Below are positions 42,730-54,491 of a DNA stretch of 64,000 nucleotides, in pieces. The stretch spans positions 186,001 to 250,000 of the forward strand of contig NW_021829832.1 in the NCBI RefSeq assembly GCF_006345805.1, given 5' to 3'. The number at the start of each line of letters is the position of its first letter. The first letter of the stretch is position 1. The notes beneath the pieces are model-generated. The model was not told the DNA's origin. It did no database searches and saw nothing but the letters and a program-made list of their open reading frames with translations. Made by a program: the position numbers and the translations under genes. The DNA is from Octopus sinensis (Eukaryota).

Positions 42730-44974
42730 TTTTAATATAATTCTACTAACAAATACAGTCTGTACCAAAACATTATAATACTCGTAAATTTAGTTAAAAT
42801 ATAACTCTATTTTCACAAATATCCATTTTTATGACTTAATTTTTTACATCCAAATTCAAATTTACTTTCTTTAACTATTTAAAAATTATTTGATTTTACG
42901 AGATCACTGGTTGGGGTGATACAAATTGTCATGTACCATAACATTATAATAATTTTTATATTTTTCATACAAAAACAAATTTATTTTAAATTTAACACGT
43001 TATTATTTAATTGACATGGGACGAAAAAGCGACTTGTCATTTGATACCAAAAAAATTATTTTAAATCTCCATACCTTTGGACTTAGTCAAAACAAAATCG
43101 CGGAAATCACAAATTGCTCACAAGGATCAGTTTCCAACGTGTTGCGAAAGCAGAATAACGAGAAAAACAATCGTGTCGGAAAGGGAAGGCCGAAATTAAC
43201 GTCTTCACGAGAAGAAAGAGTTATTCAAAGAGTTTTGATGGAAAATAGATTCATCTCTATTAAGGAAATTTCCGAAAAACTTATTAATTTGAGCCGAATG
43301 ACAATAAGCAGACGTCTAAACCAATTGGGATTTTTTTCCAGAACCCCTGTTTGCAAGCCCTTCCTAACATTAAAACAACAGAAGCAAAGATTAGCTTGGG
43401 CTAAAGGGAAAATAAACTGGACTATAGAACAGTGGTCCAAAGTTATTTTTTCTGACGAATCTAAGTTTCTGCTGTCAATTGGAGAAAAAGGTACGTATGT
43501 TTGGCGTAAAAGAAATGAAACAATTCATCCTTCATGCATAAATCAAAAGCTTCATTACAGAAAAGGAGCTATGGTTGTGGGAGCGATGAGTTTTAATGGT
43601 TGAGCCCGCTTTCAATTATTGATTCAACTGTAAATGGATTAGTATACAGAGAAATATTAGAAAAAATTTAATTTCAACTGGGCAAAAGTTATATGATGGA
43701 TGTAATTACATTTTTCAACAGGACAATGCTCGTTCACACACTGCAAAAGATACGATTGAGTGGATTCAAAACCAAAAAATTAATCTTATGAAATGGCCTC
43801 CTAATTCGCCTGATTTCAATCCAATCGAAAATCTTTGGGGAATAATGAAACGAAAAGTTATGGCTCGTGGAATAAAAACGATAGAGGATCTGAAAAATGA
43901 ACTGAAAATCATATGGAATGAAATTAAAATTGAAGAAATAAAAGTTTTAATTGAATCAATGCCAAAAAGAGTAGATGCTGTACTAAAATCTCGAGGGAAT
44001 AACATCAAATACTAGAAAATATTATAATCTTTTGTTACATGACAAAAATTATTATTATACTAGCTCGGCAGCTCGCTTCGCTCACCGCGACCTAGCTCCT
44101 GCGGAGGGCCTGTTTCATCAAACAACTATAAGTTTATGTAGATGTATAAAACTACCTGGTTTAATGTAACCCTATTCTATCGCCTGTTGATAAACGATGT
44201 TTGTCGTCCGTCCTTCCTTGGCATATATGAATAAATTTTCTCTTCTGCCTACCCTCGAGCATCCCACATACAGCTGTCCATGTGAAAAGCACTCACTCTC
44301 TAAAAATAACCCAACTACCTTTAATGACTGTCCCTGGGCCTTGTTTATTGTCATTGCAAAACTCATCCTCAAAGGAAATTGCAGCCTTTTAAATCTAAAT
44401 GGTAATTCATCAGAAATTATCGGAATTCGTGGAATATAAACATCCTCACCTCTATACTTACCTGTTAATATCGTCGCCTCTATTACGTTAGCCATCAAAT
44501 TTTTGATAACTAACCTCGTTCCGTTGCATAATTTAGGTGGCGCAAGATTTCGTAATAAAACCACTGGAACGCCTATCTTTATCTTTAAAAGATGATTCGG
44601 CATTCAGAGGGATCTAAGGAGTTTAAAAATTCGATCCGGTTGAATTTTTAGAAAATAACAAAAAAAATTAAAAAAACAAATAAAAATAAATAATTTAAAA
44701 ACAAAAAAATAAAAAAAAAACTTTAAAAATTTGTAAAATAGTATAAACAAAAAAAATCTCTGCCGCCACGGCAACAACCTGTCTAATTTTTTTAACAGCC
44801 AATTAAGATAATGTTTAAGAGCCTTTATAGTCCGGAGATTTAGCTTAGTGACCTTGATTAGACAAACCACTGGCGGAAATGGGGCAGGCAGAGTAGCAGC
44901 AGCCAAAAAAGCGACACACAAAAAAGATTTAATTAATTACCTTAAGCTGACCGTTTTTTCTTCAGCTTCGTTTT

Positions 44975-45192
44975 TCCTCCTTCGGTTATCTATTTAAAAA
45001 ATTATTTTTGAATAATAAAAAATATTAGGAAAAAAGAGGCATACAGAAAATAAATTCTATCTTTACGAAAAACTTCTTTTCTTAAGGTCGTCTTCCCTCC
45101 TTCGGTTATCTATTGAAAAAATTATTTTTGAATAATAAAAAAGTTTAGGAAAGGAGGCATACCGAAAATAATTCTATCTTTACGAAAAACTT
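44975..45192. repeat. Two-copy direct repeat, 120-bp period, inside the Helitron
   Basis: CCTCCTTCGGTTATCTATT...GAATAATAAAAA...TTCTATCTTTACGAAAAACTT occurs twice. Confidence 0.85.
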
Positions 45193-45548
45193 AACTAAAT
45201 AGTTAATATTTTTACGCAAATTCTTCTGATTGCGCTGTCAATTGGTGGTAAATTGTGTTAATGATTGTGCTAATGTGGTTTCAACTATCAAAGTGTTTTT
45301 CAAAATCTGTTAATTGCACACTCTATTCAAGGTCGGGCAATCTGTAATTGCACATTCTGTCAAAGTCAAATATGATAATAGCTTTAATTTTTATTCATGG
45401 TCGATAATGATATATGCATTTAATTTTAAAGAGAAAATCATAGGATGAATTGAATTTCTTTATCGCGAATAATTGGGAGTTCATCATTGTTAATATTCTC
45501 GCTGTCGTTTTCATCAAGGATATTCTTAATACGTGAGATTTTTGCCTC

Positions 45549-46155
45549 GAAGGTTTTAATGGACCTCATCATGAATGTCGAGGACATTAACGTTGTTCAT
45601 TTTAATCAAATGCAGAAAATAATTTTTTGATTTTTTGGCGGGAAGGTTTTAAGGACCTCATCATGTAAGTCGAGGACATCGTAGTTGTTCATTTTAAACA
45701 AAATGCAGAAAATTTTTTTTTAATTTTTTTTGGGGGGAAGGTTTTAAGGACTTCATCATGTAAGTCGAGGACATTGTAGTTGTTCATTTTAACCAAAATG
45801 CAGAAAATTTTTTTTTAATTTTTTTTGGGGGGAAGGTTTTAAGGACTTCATCATGTAAGTCGAGGACATTGTAGTTGTTCATTTTAACCAAAATGCAGAA
45901 AATTTTTTTTTAATTTTTTTTGGGGGGAAGGTTTTAAGGACTTCATCATGTAAGTCGAGGACATTGTAGTTGTTCATTTTAAACAAAATGCAGAAAATTT
46001 TTTTTTAATTTTTTTGGGGGGAAGGTTTTAAGGACCTCATCATGTAAGTCGAGGACATTGTAGTTGTTCATTTTACCAAAATGCAGAAAATTTTTTTTTA
46101 ATTTTTTTTGGGGGGAAGGTTTTAAGGACCTCATCATGTAAGTCGAGGACATCGT
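45549..46155. repeat. Minisatellite, 93-95-bp unit, about 6.4 copies, inside the Helitron
   Basis: GAAGGTTTT starts at 45549, 45642, 45737, 45832, 45927, 46021 and 46115. Confidence 0.95.
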
Positions 46156-46296
46156 ATTGCCAATTTGAAGTTGGTGTGCACACACAGACAGACAGACAGA
46201 CACACACCATACCATTTTATTATTAAGATTTTGGTACATGACAATATATTTTTAGCATGTAATATATTTTTTTTAGAATTAATTTATTTAAGAATA

Positions 46297-47621
46297 CAGT
46301 CCGACCCCAAAATGGGGCAGACCCCAGGGGTGGGGCACCCTCGGATTTTGGGGCACCCCCGCAATTTGGGGCACTTTATTCCAAAAGTACATTTTGGCAG
46401 AAAAAAAATAAAAATCGATAAAAAATTATGGAATTTTTGGGGCACCATAAAATCATTTATAAGGAATTAAAAATAAAATAAAATTATAATAAATTAATTA
46501 TTTTTTGTTTTATTTTCAATTTGACACATTTAAAGCCGATAAAGATAAATTTGATGATCAAGTCTTTGAAATATTTCAAAGACTACGCGTAGATAAAATT
46601 CCGATTTCAGGCCCTATTTTGAAAAAAATTGCCTTAGTTACAGCTTCAAAAATTGGATTTACTTCTTTTAAAGCTTCCAATGGGTGGCTTGATAGATTTA
46701 AATTGCGGCATGAACTTCAATTCAAGTCAATATGTGGTGAAAAAGCTTCATGTGATTTATCTTATGTGAAAAATTATTTTGAAAAATATGACCAGAAAGT
46801 ATTAAATATGGACCTGAGAATATATTTAATTGTGATGAAACTGCGCTTTTTATAAAAAGAACTCCTCAAAAATCATTTGTTGAACAAGGCGAACCGTGTT
46901 TTGGTTATAAACAAGGGAAAGAAAGACTCACTGTTCTTCTATGCTGCAGTTTAATCGGGGAAAAACTTAATCCATTGATTATTGGAAAATATAAAAAACC
47001 TCGGTGTCTAAAATATGGGAATAATCAAGATTTTTAAAGATTATTATTCCTCTTTCTTAATGGAATTTTTATGTTTTCAAGATTTCGAAAACGATTTTAC
47101 ACATTCTATTGGTAAATTAAATTTGCGTCAGGTTATGATGCTAATTTCAAAAGGATGGGAGAAAATAGATGCTAAAAGTATTGTTAATTGTTGGAAGAAA
47201 ATCGACAGAACCGTGATTCTTATGCAACAAAAAACTGTCTAACAGATGAACATTTAGATCAAGTTGTTAACGAAACAATTGATGGAGAATGCGAAGACAT
47301 GAACAATAATGTTTATGATACATATTCAGAAACCGAAAATAGTGAAAATGTCGTAGCAAAAACAAAAGATCTGCTTAACAATTTAGAAGAAAAAATTTCT
47401 AATGTTGCACCAAGTATGCTCCGAGATTTTTTTGATTTTCGGCTGAAATTGACGAACAATATCAGACAAAACTCTACAAATAAAAGAAAATAACTGAATA
47501 TTTTAGTAAAAATGTTTTTTGATGTTTATTAATGGTTTAATTTTTAAAAAAATAACAAACCCTGTTTTTGGGGCACCCCCGCATTTTGGGGCACTTGGTG
47601 CCCCATTTGGGGGTCGGACTG
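46297..47621 (+). mobile_element. pogo/Tigger-type element, decayed
   Basis: TIR CAGTCCGACCCC..AAATGGGGCA, TA flanks; CENP-B HTH (FKASNGWLDRFKLRH) and DDE start (IFNCDETALFY, KERLTVLLCC) with frameshifts. Confidence 0.9.
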
Positions 47622-47745
47622 TAGTTAGATAAGTCAATTTAGAAATTACATGCTAAAAATTAACACTTAAAAATTGATATAAGTAGAGATACAAATGATT
47701 TATTGATAAATTTTCCAATATTATAATGTTTTGGTACAGACTGTA

Positions 47746-49096
47746 CAGTGGGCCCAAAAAGTCATTGCACCACTTAATAAATTTTAGTATTTTACGTTTT
47801 TACCCATAAAATATGAAGTATTTTGACTTTTAATTATTTTTTATTGATATTACGAAAACAGCCGTTTTTAGCACTACTTTATGGAAAATCGGAAGGAATA
47901 TTCTTTTGAGCTAAAAAAGATGATCGTCAAGTCCCACCAAGAAAAAAAAAGTTACAACCAAATTTCCAGACAATTCAATATTCCGAAAAGTTCAGTAAGG
48001 AATATAATAGTCCGTTGGAAAGAACGAGGAAATGTTTGCAATAAATCGAGGTCTGGTGCACCTAAAAAGATATCGAGCCGTTCTCTTTCAATGATAAAAA
48101 GGAGTGTGGCAAATGATCCCAGAATTATTAGAAGCAAGCTGGTAGATGATTTAGAGACCGTGGGAATCAAAGTTGGTTGATCTACGATAACTAATACATT
48201 GCGCAAACAAGGAATTCATAAAAGGAGGGCACGACATATTCCTCTACTAAGAAAAGTCCATATATCAGCGCGACTAAAATTCGCTCAGAATTTTTTAAAT
48301 AAAGATTCAAAGTCATTGTCGAATGAAACCAAAATTGAACTTTTTGGCCTCAGGAAAAAAAATCAAGAATATGACAAAAAATGAACCATACCGACAGTTA
48401 AGTACGGAGGAGGCAGCCTAGTGTTATGGGCGTGTTTTTCGTCTCAAGGAGTGGGTGAACTATTTTTCATAGATGGAATATTGAATGCCAAGATGTACGT
48501 CGAAATTTTGGAAAATTGTTTAGTTCCGTTCATCAATAAATTAAAGCTAAGAAGCAATTGGACGTTTCAACACGACAACGATCCCAAACATAAAGCTAAA
48601 ATAACTACTGAATGGCTTAATAATAATGGAATAAATGTTCTGAAATGGCCTAGTCAATCTCCTGACTTAAACCCAATTGAAAATTTATGGAAAACATTGA
48701 AAATAAAGGTAGGAAACCGAAGACCTAGAAATATAGTGGAGTTTAAAGCATTCTGCCGTGAGGAGTGGAATAAAATTTCCAAAGAAGAATGCTTTAAATT
48801 AATAGATACATACAAAAGAAGATTAGAAGCAGTAATTGTTGCAAAAGGGAATGCAACAAAATATTAATAAGGCATCGTGCCAACACTTATTGACCCTTAA
48901 ATAACGCTAAAAATTAAAAAAATGTTTTTCTTTGTCAATTATCGCTAATTTTAAAGATTTAAAAATATTTTCTAAATCAGAATCTTTTGAATTTTTCAAA
49001 AAAAATAATTAAAAGTCAAAATACTTCATATTTTATGGGTAAAAACGTAAAATACTAAAATTTATTAAGTGGTGCAATGACTTTTTGGGCCCACTG
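47746..49096 (+). mobile_element. Tc1 element B (DD34E, internally deleted), related to 35556-37185
   Basis: About 95-bp TIR beginning CAGTGGGCCCAAAAAGTCATTGCACCAC; TA flanks; ORF pieces 47881-48867 with QHDNDPKH and SPDLNPIENLW. Confidence 0.92.
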
Positions 49097-49229
49097 TAAA
49101 TACCCTCAAATGCTCTCGCTGATTGTTTGTAAGGATAGTGTTGAGGAGAGTTGTGGAATAGTCCACAGAAAACATAATCGCATTATAATAAGAAAGTGGC
49201 ATTATCCCTTTTCCTACTAATGTGCGGAC

Positions 49230-51060
49230 TCTCACAAAATTGCAACGTGGAATGTAAGAGGACTTAGTACCGGGAAATTGGACATTGTAAAATCTGAAAT
49301 GCGTCGTTTAAATTTTGACTTACTTGGCATAAGTGAAGTCCACTGGAAGAACAATGGTTGTTTCCAGTCTGATGATTTCGTGATCTATTATTCTGGCAAT
49401 GAACATCTGAAAAGAAATGGTGTTGCTTTCATTACTTTGAAAAAATTTTCCCATTTCATTGAAAGTCATACAGTACCGCTCAAATGTTTCGGACCACCCT
49501 ATTTTTCTCAATTTCCAAGTCAATCCTAAATTATTTTTATACGGTTCTTTAGAGAAACTTATTAGATAAGCTTAAATACATTTATTCTATTCTAAAATTT
49601 TCTTTAAATATTTTTGTTTGGCGCCAATTGAATATAATTGATTTTTGACTCGATCATATGTTCCGGACCAGTTGCAATCATATGTTTCGAACCAGTTAAA
49701 TCTCTTTAAATTTAAATAATTTTTGATTCAATTAAAAACAAAAGACTAATAAATAACAAATGCCGCGTGTTTCACTGGTTGATCGGGTCGCTATCATCAC
49801 TTTTTTTAAAGATGGAGCTTCACAAAGAGAAATTGCCGAAAAATTAAAAATATCCAAAACTGCTGTTCAAAGAACAATTTCCAGATATTCATCCGTTGGA
49901 CTATATTCCGACAGACCCAAATCTGGTCGACCGAGATTGTTATCCCCAAGATCTGAACGCAAATTAGTGAGAATTTCGAAAGCAGACCCCACAAAAACGG
50001 CAAATCAAATTAAATTTGATATGAAATTAAATTCTATTGTAAGCACAAATACAATTAAAAGATGCCTACAAAGAAATAATTTGAATGGGCGAAAGCAATG
50101 CCCAAAACCAAGTCTTTCCATATGCCATAAAAAGGCTAGAAAAAATTGGTGCATTGAGAAATTAACTTGGAGCCAAAATGATTGGGGTAAAATTATTTTT
50201 AGTGATGAATGCAAAATAAATTTGCATTCAAACACAAAAAATTATGTTAGAAGGCCACCAAACTCTAGATTTGACTCAAAATATTGTTTAAAAACACGAA
50301 AATTTTCTCCTAGCATTATGGTCTGGGGAGCTATTGCTGCAAATGGATGGAGAAACATTGTCTTATGCATTAAAAATGTTGATTCCGCAGAGTATCAGAG
50401 AATTATAAATGTTGGACTCGAAAATTTTTATGATGAGACCATGTATCTCCAGCAAGACGGCGCTCCTTCCCATCGGTCCATGTCGACAATGAATTTTTTT
50501 CAAAGGAAACAAATAAAAATCTTAGAAACTTGGCCGAGCCAGTCACCCGAACTGAATATTATTGAAAATATGTGGTCGGTACTAAAACAAAAACTTTATG
50601 ATCTGGAACCAAAAGATCTTCCAGAGCTCTGGAATTTGACCAAAAAAATTTGGTACGAGATTGATAATTCGTACATTGAAAAATTATACAATTCACTTCC
50701 AGAGCGAATAAATGCTGTTATAACGAACAACGGAGGAAATATTAATTATTAACTTTTTATAAGTTTAATAAATTTTCGGTTTTTTTTAAACTGGTCCGGA
50801 ACATATGATCGAGTATAAAATCGATAATTTTAAAATTGCGCCAAACATGAATATCTGTCCAAGTTTTTAAAATAGAATAAATGTGTTTAAGCTTATCTAA
50901 TAAGTTTCTCTAAAGAACCGTATAAAAATAATTTAGGATTGACTTGGAAATTGAGAAAAATAGGGTGGTCCGAAACATTTGAGCGGTACTGTACAATTAT
51001 CCGCGATCGTATTATTCTTATCCACGTGCGTGGAAAACCACTGCATCTTACATTTATGCA
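49230..51060 (+). mobile_element. RTE endonuclease N-terminal fragment interrupted by the DD35E Tc1
   Basis: IATWNVRGL..LLGISEVHW..YYSGNEHLKRNGVAF..IESH | TIIRDRIILIHVRGKPLHLTFM reads in frame once the Tc1 and one TA are removed. Confidence 0.85.
49471..50991 (+). mobile_element. Tc1-like DD35E element, copy 2, intact 330-aa ORF 49760-50752
   Basis: Same TIRs as copy 1, TA flanks (49469-49470, 50992-50993); FSDECK, QQDGAPSH and SPELNIIENMW. Confidence 0.96.
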
Positions 51061-51400
51061 TATATTATTTATTTAAGGGACTTAATAATCGGCTATTTAA
51101 AAAGTTGTTAAACGAAACCAACAACGAGTATATTGATCTACTTCAATACAACAAAGTTCGCTGGCTTTCGAGAGGGAACGTTCTCAATCGGTTTGCTTCT
51201 TGTATACAATAAGTCAAACTTTTTTTAAAAGAGAAAAAAATTCATTATGACGAATTAAGTGATGACCAATGGCTGCAGAAATTCTATTTTATGGGTGACA
51301 TAACACCAGAATTAAACAAACTTAATTAAGAATTGCAAAAGAGTGGAAATATTGCATTTTTCATGTATGAGAAAGTGATATTATCCTTCTCCCGTTCCGT
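51061..51400 (+). pseudogene. hAT (GTF2IRD2-like) transposase middle/C-terminal fragment
   Basis: KGLNNRLFKKLL..DLLQYNKVRWLSRGNVLNRF and DDQWLQKFYFMGDIT..LNKLN. Confidence 0.75.
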
Positions 51401-51559
51401 CAATAAAAGAATTAATGATTCTGAACAACACGGAAAAAATCAAAAAACACTCCATCATGAAAAAAAATCAAACCTTAAACAATCTTTTTGACAGATTTTC
51501 TTAATAAATAGAATCTTACTTTAAGTCCTTTTGGTAAGATTATGTTCATAAATTTCAAA

Positions 51560-52156
51560 AGCCTTATAAACCGGATCTCTCTATAAACCGGCCGACTTTC
51601 ATGGTCCCATTGGAGTCCGGTTTAGACAAGTTCCACTGTATATGATTATAACACAACGCATCATTCCACAACGAAAAATATTCCACTCAATGTTTTTATG
51701 GGAATAATAAAAAAACGAACCCATATTAGAAACAGAAATAGATTCCATGATTGCTTTCGAGGGAGGAGAAAATTCAGAAGAAAATGATAATTTCATAGAT
51801 CAAAACAGAATTCAAAATATCAGAGAAATGAGAAAATAAGTGTTAGAGAATATAGAAAAAGCTGGAGAAAATATGAAGAGAAAAAGAACAATCGAAATTG
51901 ACGAAGAAGAGACATCGGTGGTCAGATGATATTGAAACCTGACTTTGATACAAATGTATCCACCAGAAATGTACCAAACAAAATAAAACCTGTGACAATA
52001 ATCAAGATTTCATTTTCATTATTAATAAAAATTTGGGCATTAAATCACCAATTTTTGTACTTGGTTTTACATATCTTAAAAATTTATTTTTAATGTGTGC
52101 CGTGAATTATTTTTTTAAGATTAGTGTGCCGCGAGAATTAATTTTTGAAAAGCTCT
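51560..52156. mobile_element. Orphan right termini of two DNA transposons (pogo-like end at 51638, hAT-like end at 52156)
   Basis: GTCCGGTTTAGACAAGTTCCACTG|TA, preceded by repeated ATAAACCGG; and GTGTGCCGCGA..TTTGAAAGCTCTG. Partner ends were not found. Confidence 0.5.
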
Positions 52157-52199
52157 GATTTAGCCGTGGGAGAGAATGTCCTACACGATATTGATGCAA

Positions 52200-52500
52200 A
52201 TCCGAATAATCGAAAATACCCCTTGTATGATTAGATCGATTCAACTATATACGAAATATCCCAAGTTGATAAAGACACGTGCACACTTAAAAAATGAATG
52301 ACAATTCATTCGAACATGTACACAAAAAGTCGTTTAAAAAATGGTTCTTCACATACTCAAGGTATTGAGTCTTTATGGTCACGGCGAACTTTTCACTTCA
52401 TACTTTGCTGAGTTTGTGTGGAAATGGATAAATGATACGTATGGTCATAAACAAGAAAACTTTTCAGAAATTTTTAATTGCTATAAACGAACAATATTCC
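52200..52500 (+). pseudogene. Possible Merlin/ISXO2-like transposase remnant
   Basis: HTQGIESLWSR at 52352-52384 resembles the Merlin/IS1595 H-T-N/Q-x-I-E-S-x-W motif; the flanks are decayed. Confidence 0.45.
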
Positions 52501-53689
52501 TTTCAAGAATGCCATTTCAGTAATATCATATTTTTGTAAAATGTTAATAATTTATAAAAAGAATATAACTATAATAATTAAAATTCAAAATTTAGTAGAA
52601 ATTGATCATTTTAGATTTTAGGGCGCTAAAATACAAGATCGCCCTAAAAAATGTATAATGTAATAAAATATGTTATTGATTCAAAAAATTGGTTATGTGG
52701 GTTTTGCCGACTCTTGGTAAAATTCATTCAATCAAAAAATTGATAAAAAATTGAATAAATCGACATAATTCCATTATCAAGTTAAAAAATTAATATAAAA
52801 ATGTCAAGATAATAAAAGAGATTTTTTTTAAAGACCAAATAAAGTTTTAATTAATAAAACAGATTGACTTTGAAGGAATAAAATCAAACTAAATGATAAA
52901 AATGATAAAATTTCAAATTCTGTAATCAGAAAATGAAAGTTCATAATGATTTATTCCTTACAAATCAAATTAAATAAGAATGTAGCAAAATACATACAAA
53001 ATACTAACCAACTAAGACAACCACGTGTATCAGCGTGTTATAATTTATTAGATTTATTTTTAAAAATAGGTTAACCGGAGTGTAATAATTTAATTTTAAT
53101 AAATAAATATAAATTTTATTTATATTTTCCATAAGATTCTCCTACCAATGTCAGTGAGAAGTTGAGTCGCTGCCTTGCTAAAGATTCCTGAGATCTCTAA
53201 AAATTTTGAACTCTCACTGAATTGTCAATTTCGTGAAGAAACATTCCACAAAATGGAGAATTAAACTAACCCTTAACCAGAACGTAATCGGCGAGGTCAG
53301 AATGGAAAGAGGTATACTTCAGCGTGATTTCTTATTGCTCTAAATCTTTGCACTTGTTAAGGACCCTCTCAATGGAAGTCTGGACACAAGTACCCAAAAG
53401 TTATGATGGATAACCAAAATTATGGTTTATTACATATACAACAATGACCTAAAAATATTTTTTTAATAAGATACAATGATGATTATGATGAACGAGGTAA
53501 ATAATTTCTTCCGAGCTGCCGGACTGGAAAAAAGTGTCGAAATATTCGCAACTAATCTGGCTGACCTTGAGCCGGAAGAAAAATCTTTTGATGGGATGGA
53601 GGTCACAGATACATTTGAGTGCTAAAAGATGACGCCACGTATTGAAAAGCAAAGTCTTTTTGGAATCAAAAAAAGACAAAATTAAACTC

Positions 53690-53880
53690 TTAAAAGTTAT
53701 TTAAAGCCATTAATGTACACGAATTATCTCTCTATAGCTACAACACTGGGTTCGTTGATATTGAGTCACCAAAATTTGAACAAATTGAGAAAAATGTATG
53801 CAATATCGTTTTACATCAACGAATTCACTTGAAACCTGCAAACAAAGAAAGGCTTTACCTCCCAAGAAGCCAACTCCAAA
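53690..53880 (+). pseudogene. Decayed R4/NeSL-like non-LTR RT C-terminal remnant
   Basis: KAINVHELSLYSYNTG..IHLKPANKERLYLPR. Confidence 0.5.
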
Positions 53881-54491
53881 GAAGATTTGTATCCACTTCC
53901 CATAAAGTGAACTGATACTTCTCCAAATTCTTCCTGATCTTGAGAAAAGTCTCGTTACTGCCTAAGGAAAAAATGGGATTCTGCTGGTAATTAATGCAAA
54001 GAAAACACACTTGGCAAAAAACTTCAGGGAAATATAATTAACATATTTTGCAACAAATCTGCAAAAGATCTTGAACATACAGCGGAAGCCTGCGAAGTCT
54101 ATCTCCAGTTTTACTGAATGGCTTATAAAGACAACTCCCTTCAAAACGCTTGTGAGGACGACGGGGTCTGTGTTCCATGTTAAAACATGCTGGCAACAGC
54201 CCAGACCCTTGGATTCTCGTTCAATCAAAAAATGCGTCAGATCTTTGACTGAAGACAGAGAAAAGATGCGTAGATTGATTGGGAATGTCGGGATCACCTA
54301 ATTATTTCTGGCGTTGACGGTGTTCTTGGTTTAAATAAATTAATAAATGCAGCTCAACCGCAGTATATTTACTTATATCCAATAATCCAACTATTATAGA
54401 ATTTACGCCATATCTTCATTTTCTTTTATTAATCATTTTTCCCCGACAACAATTATGTTTGTGTAAGTAGTTATCCGTCGTTCACTTTTCA

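Larger units (their letters stand above)
44060..46228 (-). mobile_element. Non-autonomous Helitron (2169 bp) with PIF1 helicase C-terminal fragment (44172-44603)
   Basis: 5' A|TCTTAATAATAAAATGG plus (TGTC)n microsatellite; helicase motifs LRNLAPPKLCNGTRL, QFPLRMSFAMTINKAQGQS, FSHGQLYVGCSRV; 3' palindrome and CTAG|T; inserted at an AT site with no TSD. Confidence 0.92.
42756..47743 (+). mobile_element. Tc1 element A (DD34E, decayed) carrying a Helitron and a pogo element in its right arm
   Basis: TIR CAGTCTGTACCAAAACATTATAATA at both ends, TA flanks (42754-42755, 47744-47745). Transposase 43016-44015 broken by TGA at 43601 and frameshifts; FSDESK, QQDNA and SPDFNPIENLW. Confidence 0.9.

Noticed and set aside
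44172-44603. Host PIF1 helicase gene
   Set aside because: Intronless C-terminal fragment lying within Helitron termini.
45549-46155. CRISPR-like array
   Set aside because: Units are about 94 bp and nearly identical throughout, with no unique spacers; the context is eukaryotic and inside a Helitron.
49100-49230. HDV-like ribozyme at the RTE 5' end (contains CTCTCGC)
   Set aside because: I could not find P1/P3 pairings around the loop-like motif.
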